Source: the human T2T-CHM13v2.0 reference genome, Homo sapiens. From it: 64,000 bases of DNA. The position numbers and the translations under genes are program-made. Location: NCBI RefSeq assembly GCF_009914755.1, contig NC_060932.1; one strand, 5' to 3'. Positions 1-14,093 of the stretch are shown in pieces; within the stretch, counting starts at the first letter, position 1; each line of letters begins with the position of its first letter. Below the pieces are notes generated by a model that made no database searches, was not told the origin of the DNA, and was given only the letters and a program-made list of their open reading frames with translations.

Positions 1-2001
1 GTCAGATGGATAGATTGCAAAAATTTTCTCCCATTCTGTAGCTTGCCTATACACTCTGATGATAGTTTCTTTCACTGTGCAGAAGCTCTTTTGTTTAGTT
101 AGATCCCACTTGTCAATTTTGGCTTTTGTTGCAACTGCTTTTGGTGTTTTAGTCATGAAGTCTTTGCCCGTGTCTATGTCCTGAATGGTATTGCCTAGAT
201 TTCCTTTTAGGGTTTTTATGGTTTTATGTCTTATATTTCAACCTTTAATCCACCTTGAGCTAATTTTTGTAAAAGGTATAAGGAAGGGGTCTGGTTTCAG
301 TTTTCTACATATGGCTAGCCAGTTTTCCCAAAGTTTATTAAATAGGGAATTCTTTCCCCATTGCTTGTTTTTGTCAGGCTTATCAAAGATCTGATGGTTG
401 TAGATGTGCGGTGTTATTTCTAAGGCCTCTGTTCTGTTCCATTGGTCTATATATCTGTTTTTGTACAGCACCATGTTGTTTTGGTTACTGTAGCCTTGTA
501 GTATAGTTTGAAGTCAGGTAACATGATGCCTTCAGGTTTGTTCTTTTTGCTTAAGATTGTCTCGGCTATACAGGCTCTTTTTTGGTTCCATATGAAGTTT
601 AAAGTAGATTTTTCTAATTCAGTGAAGAAAGGCAATGGTAGCTTGATGGGAATAGCATTGAATTCATAAATTACTTTGGGCGTATGGCCATTTTCACGAT
701 ACCGTTTCTTCCTATCCATGAGCATGCAATGTTTTTCCATTTGTTTGTGTCCTCGCTTATTTCCTTGAGCAGTGGTTTGTAGTTCTCCTTGAAGAGGACC
801 TTCACATCTCTTGTAAGTTGTATTCCTAGGTATTTTATTCTCTTTGTAGCAATTGTGGATGGGAGTTTGTTCATGATTTGGCTCTGTGATTGTCTATTGT
901 TGGTGTATAGGAATGCCTGTGATTTTTGCATTGATTTTGTATCCTGAGGCTTTGCTGAAGTTGCTTATCAGCTTAAGAAGTATTTGGGCTGAGACAATGG
1001 GGTTTTCTAAATATACAATCATTTCATCTGCAAGCAGAGATAATTTGACTTCCTCTCTTCCCATTTGAATATGCTTTATTTATTTATCTTGCCTGGTTAC
1101 CTTGGCCAGAGCTTCCAATATTATGTTGAATGGGAGTGGTGAGGGAGGGTATCCTTGTCTTGTGCTGGTTGTCAAAGGGAATGCTTCCAGCTTTTGCCCA
1201 TTCAGTATGATATTGGCTGTTGGTTTTTCATAAATAGCTCTTATTATTTTTAGATACATTCCATCAATACCTAGTTTATTGAGTGTTTTTAGCATGAAGA
1301 GGTGCTGAATTTTATCAAAGGCCTTTTTGGCATCTATTGAGATAATCATGTGGGTTTGTCATTGGTTCTGTTTATGTGATGGATTACATTTACTGATTTG
1401 CAAACTACGCGTGCATCGCAGGGATAAAGCCCACTTGATCATGGTGGATAAGCTTTTTAATGTGCTGCTGGATTCAGTTTGCCAGCATTTTATTGAGGAT
1501 TTTTGCATGGATGTTCATCAGACATATTGGCCTGAAATTTTCTTTTTTTGTTTGTCTCTGCCAGGTTTTGGTATCAGGATGATGCTGGCCTCATAAAATG
1601 AGTTAGGAAAGAGTCCCTCTTTTTATATTGTTTGGAATAGTTTAGGAAGGAATGGTACCAACTCCTCTTTGTACCTCTGCTATAATTCACCTGTGAATCC
1701 ATCTGGTCCTAGGCTTTTTTTGGTTGGTAGGCTATTAATTACTACCTGAATTTCAAAACTTGTTATTGGTCTATTCAGGGATTCAACTTCTTCCTGGTTT
1801 AGTCTTGGGAGGATATATGTGTCCAGGAATTTATCCATTTCTTCTAGATTTTCTGGTTTATTTGCGTAGAGGTGTTTATAGTATTCTCTCATGGTAGTGT
1901 GTGGAATCAGTGGTGATATGCCCTTTATCATTTTTATTGTGTCTATTTGATTCTTCTCTCTTTTCTTCTTTATTAGTCTGGCTAGCAGTCTATCTATTTG
2001 A

Positions 2002-2413
<412 letters not shown>

Positions 2414-3114
2414 TAGTGCTATAAATTTCCCAGTAAAAACTGTTTTAGCTGTGAACCAGAGATTCTGGTACTTTGTGTCTTTGTTCTCACTGGCTTCAAA
2501 GAACTTATTTATTTCTGCCTTAATTTCATTATTTACCCAGTAGTCATTCAGAAACAGGTGATTCCATTTCCATGTAGTTGTGAGGTTTTGAGTGAGTTTC
2601 TTAACCCTGAGTTCTAATTTGATTGCACTGTGCCATGAGAGACTGTTTGTTATGATTTCTGTTCTTTTACATTTGCTGAGGAGTGTTTTGCTTCCAATTA
2701 TGTTGTTGATTTTAGAATAAGTGCTATGTGGTGCTGAGAAGAATGTATATACTGTTGATTTGGGGTGGAGAGTTCTGTAGATGTCTATTAGGTCTGCTTG
2801 GTCCAGAGCTGAGTTCAAGTACTGAATATCCTTGTTGATTTTCTGTCTTGTTGGTCCGTCTAATATTGACAGTGGGGTGTTAAAGTCTCCCACTATTACT
2901 GTGTGGGAATCCAAGTCTTTTTATAGGTCTCTAAGAACTTGCTTTATGAATCTGGGTGCTTCTGTATTGTGTGCATATATATTTAGGATATTTAGCCATT
3001 CTTGTTGCATTTATCCCTTAACCATTATGAAATGCCCTTCTTTATCTTTTTTAATCTTCATTGGTTTAAAGTCTGTTATATCAGAGACTAGGATTGCCAC
3101 CCATGGTTTGTCTG

Positions 3115-3147
3115 GTTGTTGTTGTTGTTGTGGTTGTTGTTTTTTTG
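3115..3147. repeat. (TTG)n microsatellite inside L1 ORF2
   Basis: GTTGTTGTTGTTGTTGTGGTTGTTGTTTTTTTG at the site of the L1 A-tract. Confidence 0.85.
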
Positions 3148-3414
3148 CTGTTCATTTGCTTGGTAAATATTCCTCCATCCCTTTATTTTGAGCCTATTTG
3201 TGTCTTTGCATGTGAAATGGGTCTCCTGAATACAGCACACCAATGGATCTTGACTCTTCATCCAATTTGCCAGTCTATGCATTTTAATTGGGGCATTTAG
3301 CCCATTTACATTTAAGGTTAATATTGTTATGTGTGAATTTGAACCCATCATTATGATGCTAGCTGGTAATTTTGCCCATTAGTTGATGCAGTTTCCTCAT
3401 AGTGTCAATGGCCT

Positions 3415-4437
3415 TTATATTTTGGTTTGTTTTTGCAGTGGCTGGTACCAGTTTTTCCTTTATATATTTAGTGCTTCTTCATGAGCTCTTGTAAGGCAGC
3501 CTGGTGGTGGCAAAATCCTTCAGCATTTGCTTGTCTGTAAAGGATTTTATTTCTCCTTCACTTATGAAGCACAGTTTGGTTGGATATGAAATTCTGAGTT
3601 GAAAATACTATTCTTTAAGAATGTTGAATATTGGCCCCCACTCTCTTCTGGCTAGTAGGGTTTCTGCAGAGAGATCTGCTGTTAGTCCAATGGGCTTCCC
3701 ATTGTGGGTAACCCTACCTTTCTCTCTGGCTGCGCTTAGCATTTTTTCCTTCATTTCAACCTTGGTGAATCAAACAATTATGTGTCTTGGGGTTGCTCTT
3801 CTCAAGAAGTATCTTTGTAGTGTTCTCTGTATTTCCCGAATTTGAATGTTGGCCTGCCTTGCTAGGTTGGGAAAGTTCTCCAGCGTAGTATCCTGAAGAG
3901 TGTTTTGCAACTTGGTTCCATTCTCCCCATCACTTTCAGGTACACCAGTCAAACGTAGGTTTGGTCTTTTCACATAGTACCATATTTCTTGGAGACTTTG
4001 TTCATTTATTTTCATTCTTTTTTCTCTAATCTTGTCTTCATGCTTTATTTCATTAAGTTGATCTTCAATCTGTGATATCTTTTCTTCTACTTGATTGATT
4101 TGGCTATTGACACTTGTGTATGCCTCACAAAGTTCTAGGGCTGTGTTTTTCAGCTCCATCAGGTCATTTATGTTCTTCTCTAAACTGGTTATTCTATTAG
4201 CAATTCCACTAACCTTTTATCAGGGTTCTTAGCTTCCTTGCAATGAGTTATAAAATGGTCCTTTAACTCAAAGGAGTTTGTTATTACCTACCTTCTGAAG
4301 CCTACTGCTGTCAATTTGTCAAACTCATTCTCCGATCAGTTTTGTTTCCTTGCTGGTGAGGAGCTGTGATCCCTTGGAGAAGAAGAGACATTCTAGTTTT
4401 CAGAATTTTCAGCCTTTTTGTGCTGGTTTTTCCTCAT
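3415..4437 (-). pseudogene. Disrupted L1 ORF1
   Basis: ATGAGGAAAAACCAGCAC start on the minus strand at 4437; ORF 3770..4159 encodes ORF1p coiled-coil/RRM-type sequence. Confidence 0.88.
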
Positions 4438-5742
4438 CCTCATGGATTTGTCTACCTTTGGTCTTTGCTGTTGGTGACCTTTGGATGGAGTTTTTGCATG
4501 GTCATCCTTTTTCTTGATGTTGATGCTATTGCTTTCTGTTTGTTAGTTTTCCTTCTGTCAGGCCCCTCTTCTGCAGGTGTGCTGGAGTTTTCTGGAGGTC
4601 CACTCCAGACCCTGTTTGCCTGGGTATTACCAGAGGTGGCTGCAGAACAGCAATTATTCCTACCTGCTCCTTCCTCTGGAAGCTTTGTCCCAGAGGGGCA
4701 CCCACCAGATGCCAGCCAGAGCTCTCCTGTATGAGGTGTCTGTCGCCCCCTGCTGGGAGGTGTCTCCCCATCAGGAGGCATGGAGTCAGGGACCCACTTG
4801 AGGAGGCAGTCTGTCCGTTAGCCGAGCTCCAGCACTTTGCAGGGAGACCCACTGGTGTATTCAGAGCCAGCAGGCAGAAACATTTAAGTCTGCTGAAGCC
4901 GCACCCACAGCCACCCCTTCCCCCAGGTGCTCTGTCCCAGGGAGATGGGAGTTTTATCTATAAGCCCCTGAATGGGTCTGCTGCCTTTCTTTCAAAGATG
5001 CCCTGCCCAGTGGCTTTGGGTGCTGTGGTGGGCTCCACCCAGTCTGAAATTCCTGGCAGCTTTGTTTACACTGTGAGGGGAAAACCACCTACTGAAGCCT
5101 CAGTAACGGTGGACGCCCCTTCCCCTACCAAGCTCAAGTGTCCCAGGTCAACTTCAGACTGCTGTGCTGGCAGTGAGAATTCCAAGCCAGTGGATCTTGG
5201 CTTGCTGGGCTCCCTAGGGGTGGGATTCGCTGAGCAAGACCACTTGGCTCCCTGGCTTCAGCCCCCTTTCCAGGGGAGTGAACGGTTCTGTCTCACTGGC
5301 ATTCCAGGTGCCACTGGGGTATGAAAAAAAATTCCTGCAGCTAGCTCGGTGTCTGCCCAAAGGGCCACCCAGTTTTGTGCTTGAAAACTAGGGCCCTTGT
5401 GGTGTAGGCACCCGAAGGAATATCCTGGTCTGTGGGTTGCGAAGACCATGGGAAAAGTGTAGTATCTGGGCTGGATAGCACTGTCCCTCACGACAAGGTC
5501 CCTCACGGCTTTCCTTGGCTAGGGGAGAGAGTTCTCCAATCCCTTGCACTTCCCGGGTGAGGCGACACCCCACCCTGCTTCTGCTCACCCTCCATAGGCT
5601 GCTCCCACTGTCTAACCAGTACCAGTGAGATGAACTGGCTACCCCACTTGAAAATCCAGAAATCACCTTCCTTCTGTATTGGTCTCATTGGGAGCTGCAG
5701 ACCAGAACTATTCCTATTTGGCCATCTTGCCCAGGAATCCCC
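4438..5742 (-). promoter_or_regulatory. L1 5' UTR with sense promoter (YY1 site 5720-5729) and antisense promoter region
   Basis: GC-richer block. CAAGATGGCC YY1 motif is intact on the minus strand; many CpGs have decayed, so activity is unknown. Confidence 0.75.
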
Positions 5743-5744
5743 AG

Positions 5745-6178
5745 GAGAAGCATTTAAATAGAATTTTTAGAAAATTGTGGACATCTTTCTTTAGTATTAT
5801 ACTGAAACTCAACAAGTGGTAATTTCTTAAAGGTTAATTGTAATGCAGAATATAAAACCTGATCAATGGATTATTTTGTACCCAGTGACATTACAACTTT
5901 GTGGTTCCTTGTGTGATTAGAATTTTTTTTTTAATCTCATAGATGATTTTATATTGTCAAGCATTGGTAATTTAGAAAATATTCATTTACTAACTTTCAA
6001 ATATTAACATGTTTTATTTTAAAATGTCATTATATACCATATAATCTTTAGAAAACTGCACTGTAGACTTGCAAAAGAATGAGCAAAATGGGCCAATAAT
6101 ATCTTTATATTGTTATAAATACAATCTTACCTTACAGAGTCTCCAAGGGTTGCCTGGACCAAATTTTAAGAAGTGCTA
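5745..6178. mobile_element. hAT-Charlie DNA transposon fragment (Charlie1-like)
   Basis: AAACTCAACAAGTGGTAATTTCTTAAAGGTTA and terminal CCTGGACCAAATTTTAAGAAGTGCT resemble the Charlie1 consensus. Confidence 0.75.
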
Positions 6179-6589
6179 ATCTATAGGACCCTTTTGAGGT
6201 ACTAATGGATATACTGTAAGCATAAATTCACACCTACACTGGGGTAAGGAGAAGCCAATTATTTCTCAAAGGAGCGGGTTATTAACCCGTTGACTGTCCA
6301 CAGGTGTCATAAGTCTGTTCTGGGCTCTCAGACAGAGGAGGCACTTCCTGTAGAATGTTTGTAGTGTTTGTATAAATGCTTGTAATCTTTCCATATAAAA
6401 AGTTTATTATAAATATGTTTCTTAAGATTTTTCTTTTTTTTTAAAAACAAAGATCTGGGCTATTAAATTTTAATTTCTTTAAACAGGGCTATGGGAAATT
6501 TAAAACTTTATGAAGGAATCAAGTGGAAGAGTAATGTCAGCAAAATGGTAGAATAGGAGTCTTCACCCTAATTCATAACCCCCCAACTT

Positions 6590-6611
6590 ACACACACATA
6601 CACACACACAC
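6590..6611. repeat. (CA)n microsatellite
   Basis: ACACACACATACACACACACAC. Confidence 0.85.
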
Positions 6612-8533
6612 CAATTTTGACACCTGCCCATGGACAAGAATACTTTTGTAGGAGTCTGAGAGTCAAGCAGAGAGGTCTCAAAACCCTGTTAGAGAAAAAA
6701 AAAATCCGAGAATAGATGCAAAGAAAAGTGTAACAGGAACAGTTTCACTTTACCCATGTCACCTCTCCTCTCAGGCAGCACAGCCCAGTGCCAACAGAGA
6801 CCACCAGGGATTAAGATTTCCTTCATGAGGGAAAATGAGAGCATGGAGTGTCTGGCTTCCACAGCTACACAAGAGGCTTTCTTCTTTCTTGACCCACCCA
6901 AAATACTGAAGCAATCTGAATGGCTGATTAGTCTGAGGAAAACAGAAAAAAGGAAAGAGCTGGAGGCCCACAGCAATTGAGGCACAGAAGTCAACCAAAG
7001 GCCACAATTTCTACTAACTGCTTCCATTATTCCACTAAGATGCCTACTTGTAAACTTCATAAAATACATCACCTGCAAACCCCTCAACTAGCCCATGTGT
7101 GCCCCCCAGCACTCCATGCATCCCTCACCCTCCCCACAGCTGACTACCTGTGCACATACCTGCAGAGAGTGTGCACAAACTTCTGCAGGTTGTGCATAAG
7201 CACAAGCAGACAGCCATCTCAGCTCTGTGGGATTGAGAGAAGGTGTATAACCTTGAATACCTCAGGGAACTGCCCTAAAGAAAATAGAGAGAGTCTCATC
7301 ACCTGGCCTGGCTTTGTAGGATCAAAAGAAGGTATATAATACTAGGATATCTTCCCCACCACTGTCCATGAGGTAACAAGAGAAGTGAAGTGGATGCATC
7401 CATAGAGAAGGCCTGAAAGAACTCCAGAGTCCCTAGGATTCTGATGGTCTTTTTCTCTTGAACACAGTCAGTAAGGACTTGAGGAGGTGACTGCTTTTTA
7501 AAATGTGAAAACAGCAATGCAAGAATTCAAGAAATGTGTAAAATAAAGGAAACATGACACTACCAAATGAACACAATAATATTCCAGTAACCAGCTAGGA
7601 AGAAATAGAGATCTATGAATTACTGACAAAAACTTGAAATAACTGTTTTAAGGAAGAACAGCAAACTTAAAGAGAACATAGACAGCTCAATAAAATCAGA
7701 AAAATGATAAATGAGCAAAATGAGAACTTTAACATAAAGGTAGAAGACATAAAAAAGAAGTAGACAGAAATTCTAGAGATGTAAAATATAATGAATGAAA
7801 TGAAAAGTGAAATAGAGAACTTCAAGGCAGACTAAACAAGAAGAAGCAATCTTTAAACTTGAAGACAAGTCATTTGAAATTACCCAAAGGACAAAAAGAA
7901 AAAATAATAGAAAAGAGTGAAGAAGTTCTACTGGATGTATGGGACTTCATCAAGTGAACCAATATATGCATGATGAGCATTCCAGGAGGAGAAAATAAAA
8001 ACAAAGGGACAAAAAATTATATTTTTAAATTATGGCTCAAAAGTTTTCAAATATTGGGAGGGATATGATCATCCAGCCTTAAGAAGTGTGAAACTCACCA
8101 AATAAAATCAACCCAAAGAAGATTAGACTGAGGATCTCATAATCAAATTATCAAAAGTAAAACAAAGAGATAATTTTGATAACAGCAAAAGTAACTCATC
8201 ACACACAAGGAAACCCCCATAATTCTATCAATGGATTTCTCAGCAGAAACCCTGCAGTCAGGAGAAAGTAGAATAATATATTCAAAGTACTGAATGAAAA
8301 AAGCTGCCAAGAATACTATATCAGGAAAAGCCATCCTATAGAAATGAAGGAGAGATAAAGTTTAAGAGAATTCATCACCACTAGACCTGATTTACAAGAA
8401 ATGCTAAAGGGAGTTCAAGTTGAAATAAAAAGACAATAATTAGTAACATACAAATATATGAAAGTATAAAACTCATCAAGGTGAATGTATAGTCAAGTTC
8501 AGAATTCTCTAATACTGCAATAGTGGTACATAA

Positions 8534-8836
<303 letters not shown>

Positions 8837-9959
8837 TAAATTGCTTTTAACTAGAATAAAAGCTACAGGACAAAAATATTAAAATTAACTGTAGCTACAA
8901 TATTTATTAATACATAATATGCAAACATATAAATTGAGGCATCGATAACAATAATAACATCAATAATAAAGTATTGGGAAAGGAAGAAGTAAAAGTGTAC
9001 AATTATTGTATACAGTTAAATTTAAGTTGTTATCAACTAAACATAGACTATTACAATGATAAAATTTTTTTGTAGCTTCATGGTAACAACAAAGCAAAAA
9101 CCTCTAGTAGATACACAAAAGAAAACAATGAAGTTATACCATTAAATCATCAAATCAAAAAGTGAGACAGCAAGAGAGGAAGCAAGAAACAAGGAACTAT
9201 AAAACAGAAAACAACAAAATGGCAATAGTACTTTCTTGCCTATCAATAATAAATTTTAAGTAAATGAATTTAATTTTCCAAGTGGTTGAATTGATTTTTT
9301 AATCCAAAAATATTCTGTCTAAAGAGACTTAGTTTAGCTTTCAAGACAATCATAGGCTGAAAGTGAAAGGATGGAAAAATATATTTCATGCAAATGGTTA
9401 CCAAAAGAGAGTAGTAATGACTATCCTGACAGCAGGAAAACAGGATGTTAAGTAAAAAATTGTCACAAGAGACAAAGAAGGTCATTATATAATGATATAG
9501 GGATCAATTCATCAAGAGGATACAAAAGTTGTAGATATATATGCACCTAACTTCAAAGCACCTAAATATATGAAGGAAATATTAACAGACTTGAAAGAAG
9601 AAATAGCAATGCAATAATAATAGGAAACTTCAGTACCTCATTTTCAACAATGGATAGATCATCCAATAAATAAGGAAACAGCAAACTTGAATAACAGTAT
9701 AGACAAAGTGAACCTAACATACACATGCAGAACATTCCATCCAACAGCAACATAATAAACATTCTTCTCAAGAACACACATGGAATATTCTCCAAGATAG
9801 AGCACATATTTGACCACAAAAAAGTCTTAAGAAATTTAAGAAGGTTGATATCATAGCAAGTAACTTTTTCAAATATAATGGTTATAGTAGATATCAATAA
9901 TATAGGAAATTGAGAAATTGGCAAATACATGAAAATTAAACAACATAATCCTTTCCTAC

Positions 9960-10121
9960 CAAAGAAGAAAGAAGGAAGGAAGGAAGGAAGGAAAGAAGGA
10001 AGGAAGGAAAGAAAGAAGGAAAGAAGGAAGGAAGAAAGGAAGAGAGAGAGAGAAAGTGGAGAAAGAGAAAGAAAAGGGAAGGGAAGGGAAAAGGAAAAAG
10101 AAAAAGAAAAAGGAAAGGAAA
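9960..10121. repeat. Polypurine (GGAA/GAAA/GA)n tract inside L1M ORF2
   Basis: About 160 nt of almost only A and G. Confidence 0.95.
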
Positions 10122-12147
10122 ACTTTAAAAACCTTGGGACAAAAGGAAATGGAAACACATCATACCAAAACTTCCTGGATGCAGCAAAACAGTTCTGAGG
10201 GAAACTTATAATGATAAATGCCTACATTAAGAAAAAAGAAAGATCTAAAACAATTTTATTTTTCAAGGAATAACTTTATACTTCAAGAAATTAAAAAAAA
10301 ACAACTAAACCTAGAATTAGCAGAAGAAAGAACATAATAAAAATAGAAGCAGAAATATGTAAAATAAAGACTGGACAAATAGTAGAAAAGATTGGCAAAA
10401 CTAAACTTTGGTTTTTTGAAAATATAAACAAAATTAACAAACTGTTATGTAGACTAAGAAGAAAAGACTCAAATGACATTATAAATGCAAGAGGAGACAT
10501 CACAACTGATTACAACAGAAAGACAAAAGATCATAAGCAATTACCATGAACAATTATACATCAACAAATTAGATAACCTAAAAGAAATTGACAAATTCCT
10601 AAAAACATAGAATATACTAAGTCATAAAGTAATAGAAAAATCTGAAAAAAAGCAATAATGTGTAAGAAGACTGAATCAATAATCCAAACAAAGAAAAGCC
10701 CAGGAACAGATGGCATCACGAGTGAATTCTATCAAATATTTAAAGAAAAATTAACACAAATTTTTCTCAATCTCTTTCAAAAAATTAAAGAGAAGGGAAC
10801 ACTTCCAAGTTTAATTTATGAGACCAGCATAATGCTCATCCCAAATCCAGACAAGAATACTACAAGAAAAGAAAATCACAGATCAATGTCTCTGATAAAT
10901 ATAGATGGAAAAATCTACAACAAAATGCTAGCAAATCAAATTCAACATCACATTAAAAGGACTATTCATCATGATTCAGTGGAATTCATCCCTAGGATGC
11001 AAGAATGGTTCAATATATGCAAATCAACAAATATGATACACCACAATAACAAAGTGAAGGATAAAAATTATATAATCCCTTCAACAGACACAAAAAAGCA
11101 TCTGACAAAACTTAGTATCCTTTTGTGATAAATATTTTATTTTCAAGAAATTAAATGTAGAAAGAATATACGTTAACATAAAAAAGACTATATATAACAA
11201 GTCGGCAGCTAACATCATACTCAATGGTGAAAAACTGCAATCTCTTTCTTTAAAATCAGGAACAGAACAAGGATGCCCATTCTCACCAAATCTATTCAAC
11301 ATAGTACTGGAAGTCTCAGCCAGAGCAATTAAGCTAGAAAATAAATAAATAAAAAGCACGTAAATGAGAAAGGAAAAGTAAAATAATCTCTGCTTGCAAA
11401 TGACATGGTCTTATATTTTGAGAACCCTAAATTCTACCAAATATTATTAGAACCAATTAAAAAATTGAGGAAAATTGCAGGATACAAAAATTAACATGCA
11501 AAATTCAGTTGCATTTTGATACACTAACAATGAACTATCTGAAGAAGAAATTAAGAAATCAATACCATTTACAATAGCCTTAAAAAGAATAAAATACTTA
11601 GGAATAAATTTAACCAAGGAGGCAAAAGATCTATATACTGAAAACTATAAAACATTAATAAAAGAAGTTGAAGAAGATGCAAATGAATGAAAACATTTCT
11701 TGTGTTCACTGATGAAAAGAATTCATATTTTTAAATCACCATACCACCAAAAGCTATCTACAAGTTCAATTCAATCTCTATCAACGTCTCTGACGTTTTT
11801 AATAAAAATAGAAAAACTATCTTAAAATTTGTATGCAACCATAAACAACCCTAAAAAACCAAAGCAATCTTGAGCAAGAAGAACAAAGTGGACAGTATCA
11901 TTCTTTCTGATTTCAAAATATACTACAATGCTACAGACATCAAAACTGTGTGGTATTGGCCTAAAAATAGACACAAAGACCAATGGAACAGAACAGAGAT
12001 CTGAGAAATAAGTCCACACATTTACAGTCAACTGAAATTCAGCAAGGATGCCAAAAACAATAAGAAAAGAATAATCTCTTCAACAAATGTTGTTTAGTAA
12101 GTTATGGGTTCACATATAGAAGAACAAAATGCTTCCCTTAATATTTT

Positions 12148-12183
12148 CTCTATCTATCTATCTATCTACCTACCTACCTATCT
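12148..12183. repeat. (TATC)n(TACC)n microsatellite
   Basis: CTCTATCTATCTATCTATCTACCTACCTACCTATCT at the break in the L1M. Confidence 0.9.
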
Positions 12184-12184
12184 G

Positions 12185-12663
12185 ATAAATAATATTCATC
12201 TGCAAAAAACAAAGGGAATTCTGCCATTTCACTCAACATAGATGAATCCAGAAGACATTGTGTGAAGTAAAATAAGCCAGGCTCAGAAAGATGACTCATG
12301 CATGATCTTACTTATAGGTAAAAATCTAAAATAGCTGAATTCATAAAAGCAGAGAGGGTACAAAGTTTCAGTTATGCAGAATGAATAAATTCTGGGAATG
12401 TAATGCAAAGACTACAGTTAATAACTTATTGTATATGTGAAATTTGCTAACAGAATAGATCTTAGGTTTTCTCACCACCCCACCCCACACACACACACAC
12501 ATGCACACAAAAAATAGTGGTAGCTATGTGATGTGATGGATATGTTAATTCACTTGGTAATTATTTCAAAATGTATACATATATATCAAAATATTACATT
12601 GTACACCTTAAATATATACAGTTTTTACTTGTCAACTATACCTCAACATAAAGTTTGGAAAAA
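12185..12663 (+). mobile_element. L1MA9/L1MB-type 3' end, probably the tail of the L1M after an internal deletion
   Basis: GGGAATTCTGCCATTT ... AATAAGCCAGGCTCAGAAAGA ... TGTACACCTTAAATATATAC ... TATACCTCAA. Confidence 0.85.
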
Positions 12664-13160
12664 TATGTACAAAGAATGAAATCACACATTTAAGAGGGTA
12701 GTACTTAAACTAGGTTCAATAAATAAATATGGTAAACTTGAAAATCAGAGTTATTTACTAGTATTTCAATATAATTTAATATTGATACAAAACTCACTGC
12801 ACGTAAGTGAAGTTTAAGAAAATCCTGGAGAGTCCTTCAACAGTGCTGTAGGTGAAGGAAACATCCTCACTTCTTTTGGGCCCTCTCATGGTTATAATTT
12901 TGTCATATAATTAGAGTCACCTCCAGACATAAAAGTAGAGACTTTTTGAAATAATAATATGATGTGTATCAATGAGTAATGTAAAATTTATTGTATTTCT
13001 TATGATCAACAGAGCGAAAGACAACTATGGAATGCAAGGAAATATTTGCAAAATATCCATCTGACAAGGGCTTAATAACAAGATTATGTAAGAAATATAC
13101 AAGGAACTCAAACAACAGCACACACACAAAATCAAATTATCTGATTAAAAATGGGCAAAT

Positions 13161-13340
13161 AGCTGAGTGTGGTGGCTCATGTCTGTAATTCCAGCCTTTG
13201 GGAGGCCAAGACAAGACGATCATTTGAGCCCGGGAGGCAGAGTTTGCAGTGAGCCAAGATTGCACCACTGCATTCTGGCCTGGGCAATGGAGACAGACCC
13301 TGTCAAAACAAAACAAAACAAACAACAACAACAATAAAAA
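13161..13340 (+). mobile_element. Monomeric Alu (left-arm start joined to right-arm end, AluJ-like) with (CAAAA)n tail
   Basis: About 145-nt body; TSD core GGGCAAATA on both sides. Confidence 0.88.
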
Positions 13341-13738
13341 CACAGGGCAAATAAGTTGCATAGATATTTCTCAAATAAAAACATATAAATGGCCAACAGA
13401 TATATGAAAAAATGCCCAGTATTGCCAATCATCAAGGAAATGCAAATCAAAACCACAATGAAATATCATCTCACCACAGTTAAAATGGCTATCATCAAAA
13501 AGACAAAAAATAACAGATGCTGGTGAGAATACAGAGAAGGAGAACTCTCATATACTGTTGGTGTGAATGTAAATTAGTACAATCAGTATGGGAAACAGAA
13601 TGGAGTTACCTCAAAAAACTAAAAATAGAACTATGATATGACCCAGCAATCCCACTGCTGGATTGGAAACCAGTATAGTAAAGAGATATCTGCACTCTCA
13701 TATTTATCACAGCAGTATTCATGATAGTTGATTCCAAG

Positions 13739-14093
13739 TGTATTAGTCTGTTCTCACGCTGCTGATAAAAACATACCCAAGACTGAGCAATTTACAAAAG
13801 AAAGAGGTTTAATTGGACTTACAGTTCCACGTGGCTGGGGAAGCCTCCCAATCAGGGTGGAAGGAAAGGAGGAGCAAGTCATGCCTTACATGAATGGCAG
13901 CAGGCAAAAAGAGAGGTTGTGCAGGAAAACTCTCCTTTGTGATAACCATCAGATCTCCTGAGATTTACTCACTATCATGAGAACAGCATGGGAAAGACTT
14001 GCCCCCATGATTCAATTACCTCCCATTGGCCCCTCCCATAACACGTGGGAATTGAAAATGAGATTTGGGTGAGGATATAGCCAAACCATATCA
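13739..14093 (-). mobile_element. THE1 (THE1A/B-like) MaLR solo LTR
   Basis: TGTATTAGTCTGTTCTCAC ... CCAAACCATATCA; perfect 5-bp TSD CCAAG (13734-13738 and 14094-14098). Confidence 0.95.

Noticed and set aside
6275-6289. CGGGTTA-T-TAACCCG palindrome (a similar 7-bp-arm case lies at 58178-58192)
   Set aside because: Arms of 7 bp are expected by chance in 64 kb.
9562-10198. 198-aa and 89-aa ORFs rich in F/S/L or K/E/R
   Set aside because: They are translations of the GA-rich microsatellite and antisense L1.
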